From positions 5,952,001 to 6,016,000 of the forward strand of contig OY969763.1 in NCBI GenBank assembly GCA_963702845.1: a DNA stretch of 64,000 nucleotides, given 5' to 3'. Within the stretch, counting starts at the first letter, position 1; each line of letters opens with the position of its first letter. A model generated the notes under the pieces. That model ran no database searches. It was not told where the DNA came from and worked only from the letters and a program-made list of their open reading frames with translations. Positions 33,897-43,750 of the stretch are shown here, piece by piece. Origin of the DNA: an uncultured Verrucomicrobiae bacterium. GTDB taxonomy: Bacteria; Verrucomicrobiota; Verrucomicrobiia; Limisphaerales; Palsa-1400. The translations under genes and the position numbers were made by a program.

Positions 33897-35369
33897 TTAC
33901 TTCGTCGAATCGGCCGATTGCATCGGCGGCATGTGCAGCATCAGACTCGGGCTGCTGCCAGCTGTTCCCATAAAGTAAGTGGGATACTTACCATCCCACT
34001 TCTCGATTCGCGCCTTCTCAACTTCCAGCGCCTTCAACTGATACAGCACCGGACTCTGTTGCACCTCCATCAACGCCTGGTTGATCTTGCGGATCGACTC
34101 AGCCTCGCCGGATGCAGCGGTTTTGCGGGCGTCAGCCAGGCCCATCGCCTCTCGGCGCGCCTTTTCCGCCACGGCGTTCGCTTCAAGTTCGATGCGTTCG
34201 TTTTCTTTCTTTTGCGCCTCGAATTTGGCTTGCGCGACGACTTTCAACTGTTGCGCGATGAACGTCTGGTCAATCGAGCGTTGTATCTCAGGATTCTCAT
34301 ACGTCATTCCGCCAAACATGCCGACGGTCGTGATTGCTACGCCACGTTTAGAAAAGAAGTTTGTCACGTCGTTCTTCACGGCATCGGCAATCTCCTGCTT
34401 CTTCGTGCGCAAAATATCCAACGGATATTGCGCCGCGACTTCGGCCGCAGCCTGCTGGATGCGTGCGCGCACTTCGCTGTCCATCACGGTCGCAAGCGAG
34501 CCGCTCGGATACCAGTAAAGGAACTTCGCCGCGTCGTCCTCCGAAATGAAGGCGGTGCAAGTAAAGCCCATGCTGAACCCGACACTGTCGCCGCTCTCAA
34601 TCCAGATCGCGCGATCAGTGCGGCGTGCCTGGCCGCCAACCTGTGGCGATTGCTCCGTGGTCCATTCGCGCGTCACCGGCGAACGGTTCACCTTGATCAA
34701 TCGGACACTAGAGATCCATTTGCCTGTCATCTCCATGCGCCCTTCCTGCGACCAGCGATGCAGAATCTGCACGCGCTTGGTCGCGACCTTACGCTGTTTC
34801 AAGTAGTCTTCTGACTGGAACTTCGCTTGTTGACCGCTATCGCCTTCTAACGGAATTACAAATCCCGTTTCAGACGTGTCGATCTCGACGTATTCCGGTC
34901 GATCGAACGGCTTGCAGCCGCTGATAGTCAACGCGAGCAGGGCGCCTGCGAATAGCACGGTCGTTCTAGTGCTCGCGCTACGCCATTTCAGAAACGCCCT
35001 GCGGGCGTAATCCGAAAAGCACAGCAACGTGGCTAGAACGATTACGAGTGCGATCGCATCCTGCAATGCCTGTGTCGCAGCATGAAACGCGCGCACTTCG
35101 CTCGCGACTTCATTAGATGCGGTGAATTGCTTCACGGCCAATGCGCTGGCGATTTGCGGTTGTTTCACCGCAAGCCACCATGCGTCGAGCGTTCCGATCG
35201 CGCTGACCACGACGATCAACAATCCCACGCGCCACCAGAATCTTTCCCGCAGGAAAAGCATTCCGACAGCAATAGGAACCAACACGGCCAACGCGATGAG
35301 CGCGACGGACCACGTTTGAACGAACATGTGCGCACCTGGCACCAGCGTGCCAATCATAGTACACTTCAT
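33897..35369 (-). CDS. SPFH/Band-7 domain membrane protein with N-terminal TM helices
   Basis: TM helices, SPFH-like core (ES.DSVGFS, EVRARIQ, I...V..FF..RG..IT), coiled coil and EKWDGKYP tail; GGAG RBS before ATG 35369. Confidence 0.8.
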   Translation of the reverse strand: MKCTMIGTLVPGAHMFVQTWSVALIALAVLVPIAVGMLFLRERFWWRVGLLIVVVSAIGTLDAWWLAVKQPQIASALAVKQFTASNEVASEVRAFHAATQALQDAIALVIVLATLLCFSDYARRAFLKWRSASTRTTVLFAGALLALTISGCKPFDRPEYVEIDTSETGFVIPLEGDSGQQAKFQSEDYLKQRKVATKRVQILHRWSQEGRMEMTGKWISSVRLIKVNRSPVTREWTTEQSPQVGGQARRTDRAIWIESGDSVGFSMGFTCTAFISEDDAAKFLYWYPSGSLATVMDSEVRARIQQAAAEVAAQYPLDILRTKKQEIADAVKNDVTNFFSKRGVAITTVGMFGGMTYENPEIQRSIDQTFIAQQLKVVAQAKFEAQKKENERIELEANAVAEKARREAMGLADARKTAASGEAESIRKINQALMEVQQSPVLYQLKALEVEKARIEKWDGKYPTYFMGTAGSSPSLMLHMPPMQSADSTK

Positions 35370-35505
35370 AACCAACTCCGATGTCGTGCCCGCCTTATGC
35401 TTTATTTGCGACGGCGCGAGCCGCCACGACACAAAGCCGCAACGAGTTCTGCAACAGGGTGATCATGTGGTGCCCCGACCTGGGGTCCTAGAGGATCGCC
35501 CTTCC

Positions 35506-35653
35506 AATTGCCGACGAGGTTAGCTGACGGGCTCGGTCCTGGAAGTGACCTTGATTCCGGTTACCCGGAATCGTTCGCCCCGTCCCTTTTTCAAAGGGAA
35601 TTTGGTTCCCCCGCATCGGCCCACAGGAAGGCAGGCCGATTTAGGCTGCAATT
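35506..35653 (-). ncRNA. c-di-AMP riboswitch (ydaO/yuaA class)
   Basis: Minus strand: P1 AATTGC...GCAATT enclosing CGGGGGAACCA, GGGGCGAA and CCGAGCCCGTCAGCTAACCTCGT hallmark motifs; lies in the 5' leader of the SPFH gene. Confidence 0.88.
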
Positions 35654-35836
35654 ACTTCAGCACCCGTTCATTCGCATTTATTTCGCCGTGTGTCAATTGC
35701 AGTTGGGCCTCGCAATCTGTAAGTGACTCACGCTGTGGCAAATTTAATTGTGACCTCTGTTTGTTGTGCAAGATGCTCACCAATGGCTTTGGCATACGTC
35801 TTGACGGTGCGCCACGAAACTGACACTCCTTTCATT

Positions 35837-37114
35837 GTGAAAAAAATTTCTGCCGCGCTGATTCTCTCGTCTGCAATGGCGTTGCAATTGCACGCTGAAA
35901 AAATCCACACGTTCGAAAAAATCCAACTCAGCGACGAGTTCTGGAGTGAAGGCGCGAACTTCGGCGACTTTAATCACGACGGGAAAATGGACATCGTCTC
36001 CGGCCCGTTCTGGTATGAAGGCCCCGATTTCAAAGTGCGCCACGAATTCGCGCCTTCCACCGAGACATTCGAAGTCACGCAGCCGGACGGAACAAAAAAA
36101 GCCTATCACGGTTTCGAAGGTGGGCTCGGCACCAAAAACAGCTACAGCCACAATTTCTTCGCATACACTTACGATATTAATCACGACGGCTGGACTGACA
36201 TCGTGATCCTCGGTTTTCCCGGTGAAGAATCGTGGTGGTTTGAAAACCCAAAAGGCAAACCGGGCCATTGGCTCAAGCACACCATCATCAAAGTCACCGA
36301 CAACGAATCGCCGATGTTTGGCGACCTGACGGGCGATGGCAAACCCGAGCTCATCTGTTCGTCCGAAGGTTACATGGGCTATGCCTCGCCGAATGATTGG
36401 AAAAATCCGACCAATCTTTGGACATTCCATCGCATCTCAGAAAACAAAAATTATCACAAATTCACGCACGGTCTTGGCATCGGTGACGTCAACGGCGACG
36501 GTCGTATGGACGTTCTGGAAAAGAACGGTTGGTACGAGCAGCCAAAATCACTCAAAGGCGACCCTATTTGGAAATTCCATTCCTTCGAGTTTTCCCACAA
36601 CGGCAGCGCGCAAATGTTCGCTTACGACGTCAACGGCGACGGCCTGCCGGACGTGATTACCAGTATGTGGGCACACGGTTACGGGCTCGCCTGGTATGAG
36701 CAATTGCGCGAGCGCGATTCGAATGGCGAAATCCAATTTAAGAAACATCTGATCCTTAACGAGGACGCCACGCCAAATAAATACGGGGTCGCCTTCTCAC
36801 AACTTCACGGCGTCGCCATGGCCGATATGAACGGCGACGGCTTGCTCGACATCGTCACTGGCAAACGTTTCTGGGCACACGGCCATAAAGGTCCCGATCC
36901 CGATTCCGATGGCACGCCTGTCCTCTATTGGTTCGAGCTCGTTCGCAACAAAGACAAATCCGTCGACTGGGTTCCGCATCAGATCGACAACAACTCTGGC
37001 GTCGGCACCCAAGTGGTCGTCGGTAAGGTCAACAAAGACAAACTGCCGGACATCGTCGTTGGTAATAAAAAGGGAACGTTCGTTTTCCTGCACCAAGTTG
37101 AGAAGTCGAAGTAG
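35837..37114 (+). CDS. Secreted FG-GAP/VCBS repeat beta-propeller protein
   Basis: Repeated D(F/I/V)N.DG..DI motifs; signal peptide from GTG 35837. Confidence 0.88.
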   Translation: MKKISAALILSSAMALQLHAEKIHTFEKIQLSDEFWSEGANFGDFNHDGKMDIVSGPFWYEGPDFKVRHEFAPSTETFEVTQPDGTKKAYHGFEGGLGTKNSYSHNFFAYTYDINHDGWTDIVILGFPGEESWWFENPKGKPGHWLKHTIIKVTDNESPMFGDLTGDGKPELICSSEGYMGYASPNDWKNPTNLWTFHRISENKNYHKFTHGLGIGDVNGDGRMDVLEKNGWYEQPKSLKGDPIWKFHSFEFSHNGSAQMFAYDVNGDGLPDVITSMWAHGYGLAWYEQLRERDSNGEIQFKKHLILNEDATPNKYGVAFSQLHGVAMADMNGDGLLDIVTGKRFWAHGHKGPDPDSDGTPVLYWFELVRNKDKSVDWVPHQIDNNSGVGTQVVVGKVNKDKLPDIVVGNKKGTFVFLHQVEKSK

Positions 37115-37117
37115 CAG

Positions 37118-37192
37118 GTAGGGCGCTCCGCGAGCGCCGTCCAACCCCTCAAATCGTCTGGAATTCGGCTCGCGCGGAGCGCGAGCCCTACC
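37118..37192. repeat. Inverted pair of GTAGGGCG REP-like palindromes (REPIN-like doublet)
   Basis: GTAGGGCGCTCCGCGAGCGCCG ... CGGCTCGCGCGGAGCGCGAGCCCTAC; relatives at 19111, 25601 and 39380. Confidence 0.7.
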
Positions 37193-37230
37193 AAAAGAAA
37201 AACGCTCCACTGCCTAAGCAATGGAGCGTT
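37193..37230 (-). terminator. Intrinsic terminator of the EF-hand gene
   Basis: Hairpin AACGCTCCA..TGGAGCGTT followed by a T-tract on the minus strand. Confidence 0.7.
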
Positions 37231-37254
37231 CGGTTTCCGGACTTGAGTCCGAAA

Positions 37255-37521
37255 TTAATTATTGGCTGGCGTCTTTTTTCTTGGACCACCGAGACCGGCC
37301 TTTTTCATCTTTTCTTTGTCTTCGGCGCTGATCTTGGATTTTTCTTCCTTATCGAGCTTGCCGTCTTTGTTGGTGTCATATTTTTCCAACATTTCCTTCT
37401 GCACGGCCTTTTGTTCGTCGGTCATTTTGTGGTGCTTCTTAGTGGTGCTGTCATCAGCAGCGTGCACGCAGATAGCGGTGGCACAAATAACGCCAGCGAT
37501 AGTAGCTAGGATTTTTTTCAT
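37255..37521 (-). CDS. Small secreted EF-hand protein
   Basis: Signal peptide; KYDTNKDGKLDKEE loop. Confidence 0.85.
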   Translation of the reverse strand: MKKILATIAGVICATAICVHAADDSTTKKHHKMTDEQKAVQKEMLEKYDTNKDGKLDKEEKSKISAEDKEKMKKAGLGGPRKKTPANN

Positions 37522-37565
37522 AGTATTAATGTAGTATTTAGTCTCCGGTGTCCGGATATTTAGGC

Positions 37566-37594
37566 TAGACGAGGCTATCCGTCAGCAGGTTACA
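37566..37594 (-). promoter_or_regulatory. Putative ECF-sigma promoter
   Basis: Minus strand TGTAACC-N16-CGTCTA, about 45 bp upstream of the EF-hand gene. Confidence 0.5.
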
Positions 37595-37601
37595 GGTCTT
37601 C

Positions 37602-38027
37602 CTAGGCGGTATGGGCCGAGGCAATGTGCTTATCCAATAGAAGCTCTTTTGGCTGCTCAATTAGCTCAACCTCATAGCCTTCCGGCGCATCGATAAAGGC
37701 AAATCCACCCCCTCCAGGGCGCATTGTGGGCCCGTCAGAATACTTTAAACCGAACTTCGCCAGATGTTTGCCGAACTCAGCCAGGCTATCCACTTCAAAG
37801 GCCAGGTGGGTCAAATCGGTCTGCACCTGCACCGGCCCGCTGTTCGGGAATGAACAAATTTCAATCAACTCCTCGCTCTCGACCGCCTTGAGGAACACCA
37901 GTTCTGAACCGCGCGGCGATTTATGCCGGCGCTTTTCTTCCAGCCCTAGCACTTCTTTGTAGAACTTGATCGTGCGTTCGAGATCGTTGACGCGATATCG
38001 GGTATGCAACAGTTTCCTGGCTATCAT
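37602..38027 (-). CDS. gloA: Lactoylglutathione lyase / VOC family protein
   Basis: LLHTRYRV.DLERTIKFY..VLG, HLAFEV and PEGYEVELIE; start at ATG 38027. Confidence 0.82.
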   Translation of the reverse strand: MIARKLLHTRYRVNDLERTIKFYKEVLGLEEKRRHKSPRGSELVFLKAVESEELIEICSFPNSGPVQVQTDLTHLAFEVDSLAEFGKHLAKFGLKYSDGPTMRPGGGGFAFIDAPEGYEVELIEQPKELLLDKHIASAHTA

Positions 38028-38140
38028 GCGGTGAAAACGTATCCGACGGGCCCTTAAAGGCAACAGACAAGAAAATACGCATTTGTTTGTCAGGCGCAAC
38101 CCTCTTGCCCCCAAGGCTCCTTTGAGATACAAAAAATGCC

Positions 38141-39376
38141 GTGCGAAAAATAGTTCCTGGGCCGCTTCTGCTGTTAATCCTGCTGCTCGCACCATTGGTT
38201 GTTCACGCCCAAATCGATCCTGACAAAAGGACGCTCTTTCAATTGGGATACAATCAGCCGCTCGTGGGCAAAGGCCCCTTGGCTGCTTACGCGTTTTATT
38301 ACCGCAACCAGCCGGATTTTCTGTCCCATTCAAATCTGACTCTCCGCCTCGCGGTCGCGCCGGTTTACCTCGATGCCGAATTGGGCATTCGCGGTGCGCT
38401 GGGCGAGAACACTGACGTCGGTCTCGGCGTCGCTGGCGGCGGTTTTGCCGACAGTTATTACGAGATCAATGGAGGCCAATATCTCAAAGGCCAATCATTT
38501 ATTGGCGATGGGGGGCTAGTCTCGGCGTCGGTTTATCATCTGTTCGACCCCGGACAGAAAATCCCCTTAAGCGGCGTTCTCCACGTGATTCCACATTACA
38601 GTGTTTACGAGCCCGATAGCGATACCGCCCCCAATTTCGTCTTGCCGCAAAACCATCTCACCATCAGCACCCGGGCTGGACTGCGCCTCGGAGGTCGCGA
38701 GCCCGTGATGATCCCCGACGTCGCTTTGGAACTTTCGGTTTGGTACGAGAATCAATATCGCACCGGCAGCGGCCTCTACGGATTCAACGGCGACCGTGAA
38801 TTGAAAGAACTCTCGCACCTGTTTTGGGCGCGCGCCCTATTCATTTACACAACCGAAGCGCATCACAATTTCAGTGTCAGCGTGAGCGCCGGCGGCAGCA
38901 TGGAGGTGGACCGGTTCAGCGCGTATCGCCTCGGGGGTGATTTGCCGCTCAGTTCAGAGTTCCCGCTGATTATTCCGGGCTATTACTATCAGGAGTTAAG
39001 TGCGCGAAAATTTGTCTGTTTCACCGGAGAATATTCACTGCCATTGGATCACGATCAGCGCTGGAGTTTGAAGGCGCTGGGTAGCGCGGCGGGGGTTGAT
39101 TTTATTCCCGGTGAAGAACAGACGAGGCATTTCAATTCAGGATTGGGCGCCGGCATCGGTTATCGGTCCAAATCCGGTTTCTGGCAGGTCATCGGCAGCT
39201 ACGGCTACGGCTTCGAAGCTTTGCGCAACAATGGACCAGGGGGCCAAAGTATTGGGTTCCTCTGCCAGATTGACTTCGAGGCTCGCCACCGCGCGCATGC
39301 GTCCGCTCCGTTGCTCGATCCTACAAGCCCGCAGAACTCCCGTGGCCTCTTCCGCTTTTTGCAAAACGTGTTTTAG
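38141..39376 (+). CDS. Hypothetical outer-membrane beta-barrel protein
   Basis: Signal peptide, alternating aromatic/Gly beta-strands and terminal Phe. Confidence 0.7.
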   Translation: MRKIVPGPLLLLILLLAPLVVHAQIDPDKRTLFQLGYNQPLVGKGPLAAYAFYYRNQPDFLSHSNLTLRLAVAPVYLDAELGIRGALGENTDVGLGVAGGGFADSYYEINGGQYLKGQSFIGDGGLVSASVYHLFDPGQKIPLSGVLHVIPHYSVYEPDSDTAPNFVLPQNHLTISTRAGLRLGGREPVMIPDVALELSVWYENQYRTGSGLYGFNGDRELKELSHLFWARALFIYTTEAHHNFSVSVSAGGSMEVDRFSAYRLGGDLPLSSEFPLIIPGYYYQELSARKFVCFTGEYSLPLDHDQRWSLKALGSAAGVDFIPGEEQTRHFNSGLGAGIGYRSKSGFWQVIGSYGYGFEALRNNGPGGQSIGFLCQIDFEARHRAHASAPLLDPTSPQNSRGLFRFLQNVF

Positions 39377-39409
39377 CAGGTGGGGCGTGTCGCTCCGCGA
39401 GCGCCGTTC

Positions 39410-40903
39410 TTATTCAACACCAAAGCCCGCCATCAACCTCATCAATGCCGGTTGCGAAAATTCTTCCCGCGCCAGTGTTCCAGCCATTTTCCCCTGGCGC
39501 ATTACCAAAATCCGCCGGCTCAAATTCATCACCTCCGGCAACTCGGAGGAAATCACCACAATACCCAACCCATTTTGCGCCAGTTCATCCAACAGCTGAT
39601 GAATCTCCGCCTTTGCTCCAACATCAATCCCGCGCGTCGGCTCATCCACGATCAAAATACCGCACTCGCGCGCGAGCCATTTTGCCAGCGCAATTTTCTG
39701 CTGATTGCCGCCGCTCAGCCCGGCGATCGGCGCGTCCATTGTGGGCGTTTTGACGCGAAGCCGTTCCGCATACCGTTGCACAATGGCTCGTTCCTTCGTG
39801 CGATTCACAAAACCAAAATTCGTCAGCCTGCGCAAACTCGCCATCGAGGTGTTCTCGCGGCAATTCATCGTCAGCACCAACGCCAGGCGCTTGCGATCTT
39901 CTGGAAGAAGTCCAATCCCACTCCTCAATGCATCAGTAACTGACCCAAGTGCCAGTTCTTTTCCTCGAACGAAAACCTTTCCTGTTGCTGCCGGGTCAAG
40001 GCCGAAAATGGCCTGCGCAACTTCACTGCGGCCCGCGCCAACGAGACCGGCGAATCCAAGCACTTCACCAGCGCGTAGCGTAAAACTCACGTTCTCGAAC
40101 TTGCCGGGCGAAGAAAGATTTTCGACGCGCAGAAGTTCCTCACCCAATTCGCGCCCGAGATGCTGCGGCGTTTGAAACACTACTTCGCGTCCGACCATCT
40201 GGTGAATGACTCGGTCGCGATTTGTGTCCGCGATCTTTTCCGTCACAACATGTCGCCCATCTCGCAAAACCGTAATCGCATCGCACAACCGGAAAATCTC
40301 CTCCATCCGATGCGATACATAGATGACCGTAATGCCGCGCTGTTTTAGGTGGGCCAACAATTCGAAGAGCCTCTCGCTTTCGCTCACCGACAGCGAACTG
40401 GTCGGCTCATCCATGACGATGACTTGGGCATGCGTGCCCATCGCGGCCGCGATTTGCACCATCTGCTCCTGACCCGTCGAAAGGTTTGCGATGGGCTCGT
40501 CCAGTGGAAGGTCTGCTTTAATTTCAGCAAGCATCGCGCTTGCGCGTGCTCGCATTGTTTTACGGTCGAGAAACCCTCCCGGTTTCTGTGGCAACGCCCC
40601 CAAACAAAGATTTTCCGCAACCGTCAGATTCGGACAAAACGCCAGTTCCTGGTGAACCATCGCGATCCCAAGTTCCCGCGCATCCAGTGGGGTCGTCGGA
40701 TGAATCTCTTTCCCGTCCAAAAACATTTCACCGCTGTCCGCCGTGTAAACACCCGCAAGAATTTTCCCAATCGTGCTTTTTCCCGCGCCATTTTCGCCGA
40801 TGAGTGCATGACAGCTTCCGCGCTTCACTTCAAACGAAACTCCATCCAGCGCGAGCACGCCGGGGAAGCGCTTCGTGATGTTTTGGAACCGGACAAAGCT
40901 CAT
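39410..40903 (-). CDS. Sugar ABC transporter ATP-binding protein (RbsA/MglA type)
   Basis: GENGAGKS, DEPT and LSGGNQQK; tandem nucleotide-binding domains. Confidence 0.93.
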   Translation of the reverse strand: MSFVRFQNITKRFPGVLALDGVSFEVKRGSCHALIGENGAGKSTIGKILAGVYTADSGEMFLDGKEIHPTTPLDARELGIAMVHQELAFCPNLTVAENLCLGALPQKPGGFLDRKTMRARASAMLAEIKADLPLDEPIANLSTGQEQMVQIAAAMGTHAQVIVMDEPTSSLSVSESERLFELLAHLKQRGITVIYVSHRMEEIFRLCDAITVLRDGRHVVTEKIADTNRDRVIHQMVGREVVFQTPQHLGRELGEELLRVENLSSPGKFENVSFTLRAGEVLGFAGLVGAGRSEVAQAIFGLDPAATGKVFVRGKELALGSVTDALRSGIGLLPEDRKRLALVLTMNCRENTSMASLRRLTNFGFVNRTKERAIVQRYAERLRVKTPTMDAPIAGLSGGNQQKIALAKWLARECGILIVDEPTRGIDVGAKAEIHQLLDELAQNGLGIVVISSELPEVMNLSRRILVMRQGKMAGTLAREEFSQPALMRLMAGFGVE

Positions 40904-40942
40904 GTATGAATCACGGATTCCGGAAATCCGTGTAATCCGCGG

Positions 40943-42118
40943 TCAACTTTTTAGGGTTTTCGCAAACTTCTCAATGCGATCCAGTCCCTTTTCAAGGTTC
41001 GCCATACTCGTCGCGTAGCTGATACGAATGTAATCATCCGCACCAAACGCGATTCCCGGCACTGCCGCGACCTTTTCCGATTCCAGCAACTTCGCGCAAA
41101 AGTCCATCGAGTTGAGACCAAGCTTGGAGATGTTCGGGAACAGGTAAAACGCGCCCTTCGCATTCACGCATGAAATGCCGGGAATGCTGTTGAAGCGTTT
41201 GTGCGCATAGGCGCGACGGCGGGCAAACTCTTCCAACCAAGTTTTTAGATGATCTTGCGGTCCGTTCAATGCAGCGACGGCGCCTTTCTGCGCGAACGAT
41301 GTCGGATTACTCGTCGTATGACTCTGAACGGCGTCCAGTGCCTTCGCGATTGGTTCCGGTGCAGCGATCATTCCGATACGCCAACCGGTCATCGAATAAG
41401 CCTTCGCCAAACCATGCACCACGATCGTATGATCATAATGCGCTTGCGAAAAACTGGCCACACTGGTGTGTGTCGCGCCATCATAAACCAGCTTCTCGTA
41501 AATCTCGTCGCTCATGATGAGCACGCCTTTTTCCACGCAAATATCGCCGAGCGCTTTAATTTCCTCGCGTGTGTAGAGCGAGCCAGTCGGGTTGCTCGGC
41601 GAATTGAGAATGAACAAACGCGTGCGCGGCGTAATCGCTGCGCGAAGCTGTTCGGGGGTGACTTTGAATTCCGTCTTGTCGCTCGTTTCGATGATGACCG
41701 GTGTCGCCTCCGCCAGACGCACCATTTCCGGATAGCTCAACCAATACGGTGCAGGAATGACGACTTCATCACCAGCTTCGCAAGTCGCCAGGATCACGTT
41801 CGCGCATGAATGTTTGCCGCCGCAATTGATGATGATCTGCGACGGCTTGTAGGTCAGCCCGTTGTCACGTTTGAATTTATCCGCCACTGCCTGGCGCAAT
41901 TCCGGAATTCCGCTGCTGGGAGTGTATTTAGTGAACCCGTCGTTGATCGCCTTGATGGCAGCATCGCAAATGTGTTTCGGAGTCGCAAAATCAGGTTCCC
42001 CCGCGCCGAAGCCGACGACGTCAATGCCGTCCGCTTTCATCTGCTTAGCCTTCGCGTCAATCGCCAGCGTAATGGAAGGCGTGAGCGAGGCCGCGCGTTT
42101 CGAAATCTTATATTTCAT
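40943..42118 (-). CDS. aspC: Aspartate aminotransferase (class I PLP)
   Basis: GEPDF, NSPSNPTG, SDEIY and KAYSMTGWRIG. Confidence 0.9.
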   Translation of the reverse strand: MKYKISKRAASLTPSITLAIDAKAKQMKADGIDVVGFGAGEPDFATPKHICDAAIKAINDGFTKYTPSSGIPELRQAVADKFKRDNGLTYKPSQIIINCGGKHSCANVILATCEAGDEVVIPAPYWLSYPEMVRLAEATPVIIETSDKTEFKVTPEQLRAAITPRTRLFILNSPSNPTGSLYTREEIKALGDICVEKGVLIMSDEIYEKLVYDGATHTSVASFSQAHYDHTIVVHGLAKAYSMTGWRIGMIAAPEPIAKALDAVQSHTTSNPTSFAQKGAVAALNGPQDHLKTWLEEFARRRAYAHKRFNSIPGISCVNAKGAFYLFPNISKLGLNSMDFCAKLLESEKVAAVPGIAFGADDYIRISYATSMANLEKGLDRIEKFAKTLKS

Positions 42119-42218
42119 GCAGCGCGTAATATGGATGAATGTGCGACGAAAACAATATCAGAGCGAAAGCCGGCAGGAGAAAAGCTCGAAGCGGTTTACA
42201 ACCACCGAGACTCTGTGG

Positions 42219-42947
42219 TTAATCTTCCCAAACCCCAAGCTCCCTCATCTGCCGCGTCACCGTCCCCACCCAGTCCCGATTCGCCGCGGGACACGCCGGG
42301 CTAGGATGTAAAATCTGTCCGATCTTCCGCTCTGGAACAACCGCTCGCGCCCGACCCACCGCAAATCCGCCGACGCCGACGACCCATTCAGGATCCAATG
42401 CAGCCACGATTGCTTTCAGATGCTGGTCGCAAACCTTGTGCAACCGTTCCGACGTGGCTTTGTTAAATCGTTCTGCGGCAAAATTCGAACCGCGCTGTTC
42501 TAGAAAAGCCAGCGGACAGTAATTGGCCACAAAATGGTCCGCGAAGAAATTTTCCGCCGCACCAAACCGTTCCTCGAACAATCCCCACAAACGTCGGCCG
42601 CTCACCTCCGACCTTAGGCATTCAAACCCAAGAATGCGCGCTTTCGAATGCTGCTTTTCCGGCGGGACAATCTTTCCGTCCAACTTAAGCCACTCACGCA
42701 CCGCGCGAACTTCTCCAAACGGAATGCCCGTTTGCATCATTCCGAAGGGACCGGGATTCATACCCAGAAACACAACGCGCTTTCGACTGTTGCCGTATCG
42801 ACGCAAATATTCCTCGTGCGGTTCCCAGGCGTATTCGAGCGGATTGTAAATATGCGCGACCGGCGCGCGAAACCTGAGGCGTCCTGCGTTATCGCGCAGT
42901 TCCTCTGCGGCTGCAATGAGTTGTTTTGCGATCGTCGGGGTGGACAT
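42219..42947 (-). CDS. SMUG1-family uracil-DNA glycosylase
   Basis: YNPLEYAW, GMNPGPFGM.QTG.PFG, EVSG.R, NYCPL and HPSP. Confidence 0.92.
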   Translation of the reverse strand: MSTPTIAKQLIAAAEELRDNAGRLRFRAPVAHIYNPLEYAWEPHEEYLRRYGNSRKRVVFLGMNPGPFGMMQTGIPFGEVRAVREWLKLDGKIVPPEKQHSKARILGFECLRSEVSGRRLWGLFEERFGAAENFFADHFVANYCPLAFLEQRGSNFAAERFNKATSERLHKVCDQHLKAIVAALDPEWVVGVGGFAVGRARAVVPERKIGQILHPSPACPAANRDWVGTVTRQMRELGVWED

Positions 42948-42970
42948 CGTTGCGCACTACAAAAGCACAA

Positions 42971-43498
42971 CTAAGGGACTTTGTCAGTGTCCGTTGGCTG
43001 CGGTCTCGACAGTTTATCAAATGGAATAACGCTCAAGTCTCCGCTGCGTTCAATCCGTGCCTCCTTCACCTCACTGGCGGTCTCGTGTGATTTCAGCCGC
43101 AGATCCTCCATCAGGTCGCGTTCAGTAAGGTAATTCCGTGCCATGGCTTTGGGCTGTATTTGGCCGTCGGCGATCACCTTATCGTCGTTGCCTTTGACCA
43201 ACCGTCCAATCGCATGGAACCGGAAACTCAGCCATGCTAGCAACCGATGAAACAGCACCACCGCTAACCCCGCAACGAGTGTTGGAAAAAACGGCGCCGA
43301 ACCATTGATCGCGCGGGAGAGCATCGAGCCAAGTATGAACGCGAGGATGAAATCGAAAATGGTCTTCCGGCCCAAAAAGCGTTTCGCCCCCAGCCGCACA
43401 ATGATGAGTGACCCGATAAAAACGATCAACGCGCGCAGGACAATTTGACCGTAACCCAGGTCGTGCGGCTGCAATTTCAACCCGAGAAGATCGTCCAT
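42971..43498 (-). CDS. DUF421 (YetF-like) membrane protein
   Basis: R.G.KR, FDFI...LGS and E.SG.LSVI. Confidence 0.85.
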   Translation of the reverse strand: MDDLLGLKLQPHDLGYGQIVLRALIVFIGSLIIVRLGAKRFLGRKTIFDFILAFILGSMLSRAINGSAPFFPTLVAGLAVVLFHRLLAWLSFRFHAIGRLVKGNDDKVIADGQIQPKAMARNYLTERDLMEDLRLKSHETASEVKEARIERSGDLSVIPFDKLSRPQPTDTDKVP

Positions 43499-43584
43499 CT
43501 GACAACATCTTCCGGCGGCACTCGCACCTCAAGACCACCAGGAACCTGATTTAATCGTCAGGCGGCCAACCGAGTATAATAAAT

Positions 43585-43702
43585 TGTTACGTCTCCGCAG
43601 AGGGTTTGTAACCCCTTTTGTAACGGTTAAAACGTGAAAAATAACCAATATTTACAAGGGTTGTAACGTTGTAACGGGTTTACACCCCGGGATGGGTGGG
43701 TC
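43585..43702 (+). repeat. Dispersed TGTAAC-repeat element, long copy
   Basis: First 44 nt match 61658-61701 at 37/44 positions; five TGT(A/T)AC units. Confidence 0.75.
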
Positions 43703-43750
43703 TCCCCCATTTGCGGTTGTCCGCCGTTCTGGTTTTGCTAACCTCGCCCC

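Noticed and set aside
35790..35804. Sigma54 promoter TGGCA-N6-TTGA before the FG-GAP gene
   Set aside because: Spacing fits, but the conserved -12 GC is GA; too weak to call.
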